From assembly GCA_964481205.1 (NCBI GenBank), contig CAYZYE010000002.1:3532-67531 (forward strand): a stretch of 64,000 bases of DNA, written 5' to 3'. This stretch comes from an uncultured Anaerolineae bacterium. Its GTDB lineage: Bacteria > Chloroflexota > Anaerolineae > JAFGEY01. Shown piece after piece: positions 7,586 to 16,645 of the stretch. Made by a program: the position numbers and the translations under genes. The first letter of the stretch is position 1. Each line of letters opens with the position of its first letter. The notes under the pieces were generated by a model that was not told the origin of the DNA, did no database searches, and saw only the letters and a program-made list of their open reading frames with translations.

Positions 7586-10080
7586 GCAGACAAGGCGAAA
7601 TTTTTGTCGCCACGGCGCTGCTGGCGATCATGTTTGCCCTAATGATCACCAGCGCCGTGCAAAAATCACCCACCTATGACGAACAGGTTTATATCTCGCG
7701 CGGTTACGCCTTTGTCAAACGAGGCGACCTGCACATCCTGGTCGGCGAGCCGGTGCTGCTCAACGCGCTCAACGCGCTGCCGCTGCTGGCGCTGCCGGGC
7801 GTCCGTCTGCCCACCGGCCAACCGGCGTGGGCGGGCGACAATTTTCACCCCATCGCCGAGGCGTTCATGTGGCAGGTCAACGCCAACGCCGATCAAATGC
7901 TGTTCCTGGCCCGCGCGCCGACGATGCTGCTCGCGTTGCTGCTGGCCGTTTTTGTCTACCGCTGGGCGCGAGAGGCGTTCGGTCGCGCGGCGGCGCTGCT
8001 GTCACTGGCGCTGTGCGTGTTCGACCCCAACTTGCTCGCCCACGGGCGGCTGGCCGCCACAGATCTCGGCTCGACGGCGCTCATTTTCATCTGTACCTAT
8101 TGGCTGTGGCAATTGCTGCGCCGGCCGTCCTGGGGCAACGTGCTGTGGAGCGGCTTTTTTTTCGGGCTGGCGCAGGCCGCGCGATTTTCGGCGCTGCTCT
8201 TTGCGCCGGGCTTTGCCCTGCTCTTTGCCGCGCGCGTCCTCTCGCCGGCGCCTTTTGCGCTGCCCCGGCGCGGCGCAAGCGTCGAGGTGCGGCCAACGCC
8301 ATCCCCCCAGCCCCGGTGGAAGCGCCTGGTCTGGCTGGCGGCGGCCGGCGCGCTGATCGTGCTGATCGGTTATGCGACTTTGTGGGCTGTACACGGCTTT
8401 CAATGGACGCCGGTCCGTGGCGCGACGACCTGGCCCGTGCCGGCGGCATCTTTGTGGGAACAATTGCGCTACATTTCGGGGCGTCTGTCCGGCGACAAGG
8501 ATCCCGTGACCGGTTTTTTGCTGGGCGAGTTGTATGTGGGCGGCAAATGGCAATATTTTCCGGTGGCGTGGCTGCTAAAAACCCCGCTGCCGACATTGGC
8601 GCTGTGGCTGACCGCCGTTTTCGGCAGCCTCCGTTCTGCGCTGCGACGCGCCGGACCGGATCGCCGGCCGGGGTTGGCCCTCTGGCTGCCCCCGCTGCTC
8701 TATTTTTTGATTACCTTGAACAGCAAACTCAATCTTGGTTATCGCTACATTTTGCCCGTGCTGCCTTTTGCCATCGTGCTGGCCGGGCGGTGTGGAGCAT
8801 GGGCGGTCGAGCGCATCTCGACGCTGGGCGGAGAACGTCGCGCGCTGGCGACATCGTTGGCCGCGCTGGCGGTCGGCTGGGCGGTGTGGAGCGGGATCGA
8901 CATTTGGCCGCATTATCTGGCCTTTTTCAACGAGCTGGCCGGCGGCCCCGACGGAGGCTGGCGCTACCTGGTCGATTCAAACCTCGATTGGGGCCAAGAC
9001 CTCAAACTGCTCAAACGATGGGCAGACGAGCATCACGTCGCCAAGATCAAGCTGGCTTATTACGGCGAGGGCGTCCCCGCGTATTATGGGCTGGACATAG
9101 AGCCGCAAATTTGCTCCCCCGACCGCTGGCAGCACCCCCTGTACCACGATCTCTATTTCGACGACCCCGCGCCCGGCGTATACGCGATCAGCGCCAACCT
9201 GCTTCAGGGGCGCAATCTGGCGCGCCCGGAGACCTATCGCTGGTTCCGCGAGCGCGCCCCGGTGGACAAGGTGGGGTATTCGATTTTCATTTACGAGGTC
9301 CCCCGGTGGGGAGATGAGGCAGTGATCGCGCTGTCGGGGTTGTCGCCGCCGGACATTCGCGCCGAGGATTACGCGCTGCTCGGCGGCAATGATGTGCGCG
9401 TGCTGTGGTTCGACGCCGCGCGGTCGGCGCTTTTTCCGTCCGGCGATCAGCCCACGTTCTCGTTTGTGCCTGGTGAAATGGAAACGCCCCCGGCGCTCGT
9501 ACATTTGGGGGCAGGCGCTTTGCTTCGCTCAAGCACACTCCGCGACGGCCGCCCGCTGCGTATTTTCAAAAATATAGATCGTGTTGATGCGCTACGTTAC
9601 ATTGATTCCCTTGATTTCGCGGCCTGGTATATGCCCGCGTCGACATTTGCGCCCGGCGATCCGGCCGGGCATGGCGCGCCGTTGGGCGCGCCGGTGCGGT
9701 TTGGCTGTGTCGAATTGCTGGGCTATGAATCGAGCCAAAGCAATGCGCTGCCCGGCGAGAGGTTGACGTGGATCACGTACTGGCGCGTCGTCGAGCCGGC
9801 AGCAGAGCCGCTGACGCTGTTTGTCCACCTGCTCGACGCCGGCGGCGTCAATCGCGCGGGCGAGGATCGCGGGGACGTATGGTATGATAACTGGCGGCGC
9901 GGCGACGTATTTGCGCAGCTAGAAGAGATTCAGCTGCCGGCCGAGTTGGCGGCCGGACGTTATCAAGTCGAGATCGGCTGGTACACGCCGAGGACGATGG
10001 CGCGGCTGCCGGTGCTCAAAGAGGGGCAAGAGATCGCCGACCGGATATTGTTGGCGCCGGTGACGATAGCCGACCGGTGA
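7582..10080 (+). CDS. GT39 family membrane glycosyltransferase, paralog of 247..2541
   Basis: ATGA overlap with the upstream gene. Conserved blocks (DEQVYISRGYAF, WRYLVDSNLDWGQDL). Same C-terminal domain. Confidence 0.75.
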   Translation: MSRQGEIFVATALLAIMFALMITSAVQKSPTYDEQVYISRGYAFVKRGDLHILVGEPVLLNALNALPLLALPGVRLPTGQPAWAGDNFHPIAEAFMWQVNANADQMLFLARAPTMLLALLLAVFVYRWAREAFGRAAALLSLALCVFDPNLLAHGRLAATDLGSTALIFICTYWLWQLLRRPSWGNVLWSGFFFGLAQAARFSALLFAPGFALLFAARVLSPAPFALPRRGASVEVRPTPSPQPRWKRLVWLAAAGALIVLIGYATLWAVHGFQWTPVRGATTWPVPAASLWEQLRYISGRLSGDKDPVTGFLLGELYVGGKWQYFPVAWLLKTPLPTLALWLTAVFGSLRSALRRAGPDRRPGLALWLPPLLYFLITLNSKLNLGYRYILPVLPFAIVLAGRCGAWAVERISTLGGERRALATSLAALAVGWAVWSGIDIWPHYLAFFNELAGGPDGGWRYLVDSNLDWGQDLKLLKRWADEHHVAKIKLAYYGEGVPAYYGLDIEPQICSPDRWQHPLYHDLYFDDPAPGVYAISANLLQGRNLARPETYRWFRERAPVDKVGYSIFIYEVPRWGDEAVIALSGLSPPDIRAEDYALLGGNDVRVLWFDAARSALFPSGDQPTFSFVPGEMETPPALVHLGAGALLRSSTLRDGRPLRIFKNIDRVDALRYIDSLDFAAWYMPASTFAPGDPAGHGAPLGAPVRFGCVELLGYESSQSNALPGERLTWITYWRVVEPAAEPLTLFVHLLDAGGVNRAGEDRGDVWYDNWRRGDVFAQLEEIQLPAELAAGRYQVEIGWYTPRTMARLPVLKEGQEIADRILLAPVTIADR

Positions 10081-10123
10081 GAAAAAACAATTGCCGTGAA
10101 TAGTTGCGCGGCCGGCGCGACCT

Positions 10124-10152
10124 TGACAACAAACCACCTCCATTGTAGAATG
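10124..10152 (+). promoter_or_regulatory. Sigma70-like promoter candidate (TTGACA-17-TAGAAT) upstream of ridA, followed by an imperfect palindrome TGAATGA-C-TCGTTCA
   Basis: Read directly from sequence. Confidence 0.35.
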
Positions 10153-10219
10153 TCAACACGAACCTGGACGAGCAATTGAATGACTCGTTCACGTAATCCA
10201 ATTCACAGAGGAGCTGTCT

Positions 10220-10609
10220 ATGACACGTCAAGTTGTTTCTACCCCCCATGCGCCGGCGGCAGTCGGGCCGTATTCTCAAGCCATCAAGATCGACCAGCTG
10301 GTGTACACCGCCGGGCAGTTGGGTATGGACCCGCAAACCGGCAAACTGGTCTCCGGCGGCGTTCAGGCTCAAACCCGCCAGGCGCTCACCAACCTGCAAG
10401 CCGTTCTCGATGCCGCCGGTGCCTCGATGGACACGGTGATCAAGACCACCGTCTTTATGGACGACATGCATGATTTCCAGGCAATGAACCAGGTCTATGC
10501 CGAGTTCTTTGCCCAAGCGCCGCCGGCGCGCTCGGCGGTGCAGGCCGCGGCGCTCCCGCTGGGCGGGCTGGTCGAGATCGAAGCGGTTGCGGTCATCGAC
10601 CAATCATGA
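10220..10609 (+). CDS. ridA: RidA/YjgF family reactive-intermediate deaminase
   Basis: 129 aa with the typical RidA sequence (PAAVGPYSQA...TVFMDDMHDFQAMNQVYAEFF). An AGGAG RBS is present. Confidence 0.9.
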   Translation: MTRQVVSTPHAPAAVGPYSQAIKIDQLVYTAGQLGMDPQTGKLVSGGVQAQTRQALTNLQAVLDAAGASMDTVIKTTVFMDDMHDFQAMNQVYAEFFAQAPPARSAVQAAALPLGGLVEIEAVAVIDQS

Positions 10610-10619
10610 CCGAGACCTC

Positions 10620-12089
10620 ATGTTTGCCCGCCTGAACCTCGAACGGCTGGTCACGGCCATCGTACTCGTTGCCGTGTTTGCGATGGCCGTGCGTGTGCCG
10701 GCCAGCCCGGACACATGGTGGCACTTGCGCTGCGGCGAGGTGCAGTGGCAAACCCGCGCGGTGCTCAAATCCGATCTGTTTTCGCACACCGCGCAAGGCG
10801 CGCCCTGGGTCAACCAAAGCTGGCTGCCTCAATTGGCAATGTACGGCCTGTGGACACTGGGCGGCTTTCCAGCCCTGGCCCTGGCCGTCGCGGCCCTGGT
10901 TGCCGGCGCGGTCGCCCTGATTCTGGCCGCCTCTGAGGCGCCGGGGCGTTACGGTTACCTGTGGCGCGCCCTGGTCGTCATTTGGGCCGCCATCTCGACG
11001 GGGCGCGTGTGGGCGGCGCGCCCGCACCTGATCTCCTTTTTGCTCACCGCCGCGTGGCTCTATTTACTCGATCGACACCGCGCGGGCAAGCCGAAGGCGC
11101 TGTACTGGCTGCCAGGGCTGATGGCGCTGTGGGCCAACAGCCACGGCGGTTATATCGTCGGCTTTTTGCTGCTCTGCGCCGAGATCGGCGGCCAGGTATT
11201 GGACTGGCTGCCGGCGCGCCGAACGAGTTCACTCTGGCCGCGCATCAAGCCGTTCGTCCTCCTGACTCTGCTCGCGGCACTGGCGGCATCGATCAACCCA
11301 CAGGGTCTTGGTCTGCTCTTGTTTCCCTTTCAGACCTTGAGCAGCCCGGCTCAACAAAACTATGTCGCCGAATGGGCTTCGCCCGACTTTCACGCCGCCG
11401 ATATGCTGCCTTTTTTGGGGCTGCTTTTAGCCACGTGGAGCGCGCTGGTGTTCAGCACCCGGCCGGTCAACGGCGCCGAGTGGCTCCGGCTGCTGGGCTT
11501 TTCGGCGATGGCGCTCCGTTCGGGCCGCTATCTGGGATTGTGCGCCCTGGTCATGGCGCCACTGTTGGCGCAGCACGGCGCCGCCGCGCTGGCGCGATTT
11601 GGGTTGCCCGGCGGCAACAATGTTCGATCGCGGCCAACGCGAGGGCATCCGGCGATCAACTGGCTGCTGCTCGCGCTCATTGTAACCGCGTCCGTCCTCA
11701 AAATCGCCCGTCCCCTCGACGCCGCGCTGATCGAACGCATTCACCGGCAGTCCTTTCCCGTCGACGCCGTTGACTATATGCAGCAACGCCAACTGCCCGC
11801 CACGCTGTTCAACGAATACGCCTGGGGCGGATACCTGATTTGGCGTCACATTCCCGTCTTTATCGACGGGCGCGCCGACCCTTATGGCGATGCGCTGATC
11901 ACTGCCTATCGCAACGCCATTTCGGCACAGCCGGGCTGGGAGCAAACGCTAGATTCATCCGGCGTCCACACGGCATTGCTCGCCGCCAACAGCCCTCTGG
12001 CAATGGTGATGGAAACAAACGCCGGTTGGAAAAATGTGTACCGGGACGACATCGCCGTCCTTTATGTAAAAACACTCGCCCACCGTTGA
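10620..12089 (+). CDS. Polytopic integral membrane protein of unknown function, possibly GT-C-like
   Basis: About 490 aa, mostly hydrophobic helices. The start was chosen at the first ATG after the ridA stop. Confidence 0.55.
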   Translation: MFARLNLERLVTAIVLVAVFAMAVRVPASPDTWWHLRCGEVQWQTRAVLKSDLFSHTAQGAPWVNQSWLPQLAMYGLWTLGGFPALALAVAALVAGAVALILAASEAPGRYGYLWRALVVIWAAISTGRVWAARPHLISFLLTAAWLYLLDRHRAGKPKALYWLPGLMALWANSHGGYIVGFLLLCAEIGGQVLDWLPARRTSSLWPRIKPFVLLTLLAALAASINPQGLGLLLFPFQTLSSPAQQNYVAEWASPDFHAADMLPFLGLLLATWSALVFSTRPVNGAEWLRLLGFSAMALRSGRYLGLCALVMAPLLAQHGAAALARFGLPGGNNVRSRPTRGHPAINWLLLALIVTASVLKIARPLDAALIERIHRQSFPVDAVDYMQQRQLPATLFNEYAWGGYLIWRHIPVFIDGRADPYGDALITAYRNAISAQPGWEQTLDSSGVHTALLAANSPLAMVMETNAGWKNVYRDDIAVLYVKTLAHR

Positions 12090-12131
12090 TCGGAGACAAA
12101 CGCTGCGGCATAAAATACTTTATGTCAAAAT

Positions 12132-12163
12132 TGAATAGACAACGTAGGCGTTTGATGATATAA
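12132..12163 (+). promoter_or_regulatory. Promoter candidate TAGACA-17-TATAAT upstream of the FHA cluster
   Basis: Read directly from sequence. Confidence 0.3.
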
Positions 12164-12226
12164 TCGAATCCAGTGGCTACCCTGGGGGAGCTGATCGAGA
12201 TCATCCAGCCATTTTGGGAGCGCCAG

Positions 12227-13444
12227 ATGGCCCAGTACAAGTTCAAATGCCGCCCTTGCCCGCCCCACATCCGCCGACAATGTATCCAAGAAGCGCACGT
12301 CTCGCCTGCGGCAAAACGGATCATCATCCAATCATTTGAAGCAAGAACAGACACGCAAGCGACCTGGGATCTGCTGCAACACAATTGCCTGCTCGTCCGC
12401 CGCGAAAACATGCCCACCATCGCGCCGGTGTCACGCAAGGGAGGTTTGCGAGATCGCCTTTTTGGCCCAGAGCCGCCTCCTGCCCAGGAAGACAAAGCAT
12501 CTCAACAACCGCCCCCCAGCCAGCAGCTGCCCGTGGTCAAACCATACCAGCCGCGTTCCCCGGCTGCTGAACCCACAACGTCTCAGCCGACCACTCAAAC
12601 AGTCTCGCAGACCAGGTTCATCCGCACCCAACGCCCGGCCGATCGCGCCAGAACACCTACGCCTCGGACGGTTCATTTGCCCAGGCCGCAAACACCCGTT
12701 TCCAAGGCGCCAATCCTGCGCTATCCGCGCGCCCGGCAGCCGCACGTCGTTGCCAACGAACAACCCGGACCGAGAATACTGGTCTCGCAGGTGATCGGCC
12801 ACCGCATCTCGCTGCCCACCGACGGCGAGTTGGTGCTGGGGCGCTTTGATCCGTTCACCAAAATCAAGCCCGACATTGACTTGACATTTGAAGACCGGAT
12901 CACCAGGGGCATTTCGCGCCGCCACGCCCAAGTGATCGGTTGGCAAGGACACTATGCGATCAAGGATTTGGGCAGCACCTTTGGCACCTGGGTCAACGAC
13001 AAACGGTTGTCGCTAGAACAAAAACAACCCTTGCGCATCGGCGATATGATCCGGCTGGGTAATTGTGTCCTATTTCTGGACCGTCCGCCAAACCTATGGA
13101 AAACGCCGTTGTCTCTGGAACGCTGCTTTTTCTATTCCACGTTTTCGGGACAATACCTGGCCATCCCGGCCAAACCGGCGATCGTCATCGGGCGCGCCGA
13201 CGCCGGCCTGGGGTTCAAGCCGGACATCGATCTCGGCGCAGAAGAAGAAGCGGCGTCAGCCGTCTCACGACGACATGCCAGACTACTTTGGCGAAACGGG
13301 CAACTCGTCGTCCAAGATTTGGGCAGCACACAACACACCGCGATCGATGGACGCCAGGTGCCCATCGGCGCCAAGACGCCCATCTTGCCCGGACAGCATT
13401 TGTGGTTGGGGGGATACACCATCGCTTTTGATATGGTCGAGTGA
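12227..13444 (+). CDS. Twin FHA-domain protein with an N-terminal Cys-rich motif and a Pro-rich linker
   Basis: Two FHA-like segments (GRxDP...DIDL...SRRHA...GSTxGTWVN...GD.I.LG). The start is at ATG 12227 (GGGAG RBS). The track's alternative start is at 12173. Confidence 0.8.
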   Translation: MAQYKFKCRPCPPHIRRQCIQEAHVSPAAKRIIIQSFEARTDTQATWDLLQHNCLLVRRENMPTIAPVSRKGGLRDRLFGPEPPPAQEDKASQQPPPSQQLPVVKPYQPRSPAAEPTTSQPTTQTVSQTRFIRTQRPADRARTPTPRTVHLPRPQTPVSKAPILRYPRARQPHVVANEQPGPRILVSQVIGHRISLPTDGELVLGRFDPFTKIKPDIDLTFEDRITRGISRRHAQVIGWQGHYAIKDLGSTFGTWVNDKRLSLEQKQPLRIGDMIRLGNCVLFLDRPPNLWKTPLSLERCFFYSTFSGQYLAIPAKPAIVIGRADAGLGFKPDIDLGAEEEAASAVSRRHARLLWRNGQLVVQDLGSTQHTAIDGRQVPIGAKTPILPGQHLWLGGYTIAFDMVE

Positions 13445-13495
13445 TCTCGCCCCTACTGAAACACAACACACCATATTCCATTGAGGAGCATCACG

Positions 13496-14320
13496 ATGAA
13501 AGGCAGCACAGCCGCTATCGGCAACATGCCCCCAAGAATCATTTGGGAGCCAGACAACAAAGAAATGATCTTGATTTCGGGCGGTGAATTCTTGATGGGA
13601 CGAGACGACGGGCAGGATGACGAACGTCCGGCGCATACAGTTTATGTATTGCCATTCTACATCGACCGTTATCCTGTTACGCAACAAGAATACCATCGCT
13701 TTGTTCAGGCAACGGATCATCCGATCCCAAGGTACGATGTCGAGTGGGTCGATTCGAGCGCCTATAATTGGGACTCGGATACCCGCACGCCGCCGCCGGA
13801 CAAACTCGACCATCCCGTTGTCCTGGTCACCTGGGGCGACGCGCTGGCTTACAGCCAATGGGCGCAAAAACGCCTGCCCACCGAAGCCGAGTGGGAACGC
13901 GCGGCGCGCGGCACAGACGGACGTCGTTGGCCCTGGGGCGACAAACTGAAAGAGGAAAATTGCAACACCCGTTACCTCGATCTCGGCCAGACCACGCCCG
14001 TTCACCAGTTCTCCCCGCAAAGCGACACCCCTGAAGGAGTCGGAGATCTGATCGGCAACACCTGGGAGTGGACCGGATCACTTTACCGGCCATACCCATT
14101 TGACGAGAACGACGGGCGGCAGGACCCCAGCGCGCCGGGGTGGCGCGTCTTGCGCGGGGGGTCGTGGCTCAACGATTTTTCACAGGCCAATTCGACCACC
14201 CGGCTCGACGGCGACTTTTTGTTCTATACCAACGTCGGCTTTAGGTGCGCCATCTCGGTCAGCGTGGTCCAAGATGCGCTGTACGCAGCGTTTATCGATG
14301 AATGTCAAAGTTCATCTTGA
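13496..14320 (+). CDS. Formylglycine-generating-enzyme (FGE/SUMF1) domain protein
   Basis: FGE-sulfatase domain motifs (HPVVLVTWGDALAYSQWAQKRLPTEAEWERAARG, FRCA). AGGAG RBS. Confidence 0.8.
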   Translation: MKGSTAAIGNMPPRIIWEPDNKEMILISGGEFLMGRDDGQDDERPAHTVYVLPFYIDRYPVTQQEYHRFVQATDHPIPRYDVEWVDSSAYNWDSDTRTPPPDKLDHPVVLVTWGDALAYSQWAQKRLPTEAEWERAARGTDGRRWPWGDKLKEENCNTRYLDLGQTTPVHQFSPQSDTPEGVGDLIGNTWEWTGSLYRPYPFDENDGRQDPSAPGWRVLRGGSWLNDFSQANSTTRLDGDFLFYTNVGFRCAISVSVVQDALYAAFIDECQSSS

Positions 14321-14371
14321 TCCACTCAGACTCTGGTTCACGCCTGACCCAGTCGATCCTGGAGTGCATAC

Positions 14372-15160
14372 ATGCCGCAATACCTCAAATATCCAGACCC
14401 AATTCTGCCCCAACCGCGCGACATAGAGCCGCCTGGGCCGAGAATTCTCGTCTCCCAGGCGCTGGGACATCGCATTTTGCTGCCCGAAGATGGCGAACTT
14501 GTGCTGGGACGCTTTGACCCGACCTATAAAGTCAAACCGGACATCGATCTGACGGCTGAAGACAAAGCCGCGTGGGGCATTTCTCGACACCACGTGCGGC
14601 TTGTCGGCTGGCGGGGGCAATATGAAATCGAGGATATGGGGAGCAGCAACGGCACCTGGGTCAACGATGAACAAATCGAGTCCGGGCGCAAAGTCCCGCT
14701 CACGGTGGGCGACCAGGTACGCCTGGGCGGCAGCATTTTCTATTTCGACCGCCCGCCGACGATCTGGAAAATGCCCATCACCCGGCAACAAGGCTTTTTC
14801 TATGTCACCTTTACCGGACACTATTACCCGCTGCCCGGCCAAAAGACGATCCTGGTTGGACGTTCCGACTCTAAACTCGGTTTCAAGCCCGACATTGCGC
14901 TGAATGACGAAGACGAGTCGATCACCGTTGTCTCGCGCAAACACATCAAATTGACGCTTCGCGGCGAACAATACATGGTCGAGGATATGGGCAGCTCGTT
15001 TGGCACCAGGTTGGACGGGACCAAAGTCTACGCCGGGATCAAAATCCCCCTCCATCCAGGACAGCACTTGTGGCTGGGCGGATACACACTGGCCTTTGAT
15101 GTGATCGCCAAGCCGACCGCCCCGCCATCGACAGGCGCAAAAACAGCCCCACTGCTCTAG
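14372..15160 (+). CDS. Twin FHA-domain protein, paralog of 12227..13444 without the N-terminal extension
   Basis: Collinear similarity to the C-terminal 260 aa of 12227..13444 (PGPRILVSQ.LGHRI.LP.DGELVLGRFDP). Confidence 0.8.
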   Translation: MPQYLKYPDPILPQPRDIEPPGPRILVSQALGHRILLPEDGELVLGRFDPTYKVKPDIDLTAEDKAAWGISRHHVRLVGWRGQYEIEDMGSSNGTWVNDEQIESGRKVPLTVGDQVRLGGSIFYFDRPPTIWKMPITRQQGFFYVTFTGHYYPLPGQKTILVGRSDSKLGFKPDIALNDEDESITVVSRKHIKLTLRGEQYMVEDMGSSFGTRLDGTKVYAGIKIPLHPGQHLWLGGYTLAFDVIAKPTAPPSTGAKTAPLL

Positions 15161-15195
15161 TGGGGCTGTTTGGTGGGCCTTGCCGCGCGCCGTGC

Positions 15196-15810
15196 TTATT
15201 CTTCGATCCCCGCCAAATCGATCGCTGTGGCCGCAATCGGCGCCAAAGTTGTCAACATCTCTAAATCTCTGGCGTCAAAGGGCTGCCCGGAGAACTTGTT
15301 GACCACTTCGATCACGCCCAACATGATCCCGCGACTGATCAACGGCACGCAGGCCAAAGACTGGGTGCGAAATTGAAACGTACTGTCAACGGTCGACGAA
15401 AAACGCTCATCCTGAACAATGTCGTTGGCAATCACCGGCTCGCGATGCTCGACCACCCAGCCGGCGATCCCTTGCTCCCGCCGCATGCGGTGTCCTTGCA
15501 ACTTGGCCGCAAGCACGCCGCGAACCAACACAAAAACCAACTCGTCGGTATCGGGATCGAGCAAAATCAAAGACCCATCGGCCGCATCGACCACGCGCAA
15601 GGCCTCATACATGATCCGGTCCAACAAAGGCTGAAGCTGCTCTCGCGTATCCAAATTGGCAATCACCTGCTGCAACCCACGCACCGACTTGAGACAACCG
15701 CGCAAAGCGGCATTCTCTTCATCCAACTCTTGATTGTCTTGCTGCAACCGTTGATTTTCATCTTGCAGAAAACGCAATGTGGTAGACACAGCGCCAATGC
15801 CATCTGCCAT
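15196..15810 (-). CDS. GAF-domain protein with an N-terminal coiled coil
   Basis: GAF-like core. The start was set at MADGIG so the gene abuts the stop of the amidase gene. Confidence 0.65.
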   Translation of the reverse strand: MADGIGAVSTTLRFLQDENQRLQQDNQELDEENAALRGCLKSVRGLQQVIANLDTREQLQPLLDRIMYEALRVVDAADGSLILLDPDTDELVFVLVRGVLAAKLQGHRMRREQGIAGWVVEHREPVIANDIVQDERFSSTVDSTFQFRTQSLACVPLISRGIMLGVIEVVNKFSGQPFDARDLEMLTTLAPIAATAIDLAGIEE

Positions 15811-15811
15811 C

Positions 15812-16618
15812 TCAGCCTCCCTGTCGATACGTCCCCTCGATAAAACACTTGATCCCGTTGACAATGCCCGTCGCCACCCAAGCCGACCTTTTTGTCAACA
15901 AAACCCGGTCGGCGCGCATAAACCCAATCTCTATGATCGCGCCCGGCGTCTCGGGCGCAATTTCATAAAAAGCATGATATTCGGTCATATCATACGTAAT
16001 ACTGTTCTGGTGAAATGGAAGCCCTGTTGCTTCCTGATACCTGGCGATCAAACAAGAAACCAGGCGATCCTCGATATCGGGCACCAGGCTGGATGAAACC
16101 CGCGCCACCTTGAAACCCGACGCCTCGGCCACATTGCACGAATCGGCGTGAATCGAAACCAAAGCCGCGGCCTCGTACCCGTCCAGTTTGGGCGAAAACT
16201 CGGCCAACATTTCGGCATTGTACCCCGAAAGCGCCAGTTGAGAAACGACACGCTGGGCGACGTCGAGATTGATCTCGACCTCTTGCAGCCCATCCGGGCA
16301 AACAGCGCCGACATCGTTCTGCCAGTGTCCAACCACAATGCCGATCTTGAGCGGCCGCTGCTGCGCGGCAACCGAGGTTTGGGTCCTGGCCGGCAACGGG
16401 GTCATCAATGGCACGGCGGTCGGCGCCGGGATCATCGGCTGCGGCGTTTTCAGCGCCACCAACTGCGTCGCCGTCATCGAGTCGGCCACAGCCGCCGGAT
16501 TCTGCACCATCCAGGCCACGCGCAAACCCAAATAAATGATCGCCAGCAAGACAACAACCAGCGCGGCAATCAAAATCCGCTGCACGCCCTCGAGCATATT
16601 TCGACGAATCAACGACAT
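15812..16618 (-). CDS. N-acetylmuramoyl-L-alanine amidase (Amidase_3 family) with an N-terminal TM anchor
   Basis: Amidase_3 signature segments (KIGIVVGHWQND..., SIHADS, IEIGFM). Confidence 0.8.
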   Translation of the reverse strand: MSLIRRNMLEGVQRILIAALVVVLLAIIYLGLRVAWMVQNPAAVADSMTATQLVALKTPQPMIPAPTAVPLMTPLPARTQTSVAAQQRPLKIGIVVGHWQNDVGAVCPDGLQEVEINLDVAQRVVSQLALSGYNAEMLAEFSPKLDGYEAAALVSIHADSCNVAEASGFKVARVSSSLVPDIEDRLVSCLIARYQEATGLPFHQNSITYDMTEYHAFYEIAPETPGAIIEIGFMRADRVLLTKRSAWVATGIVNGIKCFIEGTYRQGG

Positions 16619-16645
16619 CTCTCAACCTGACCCCAATAAAAGGCT

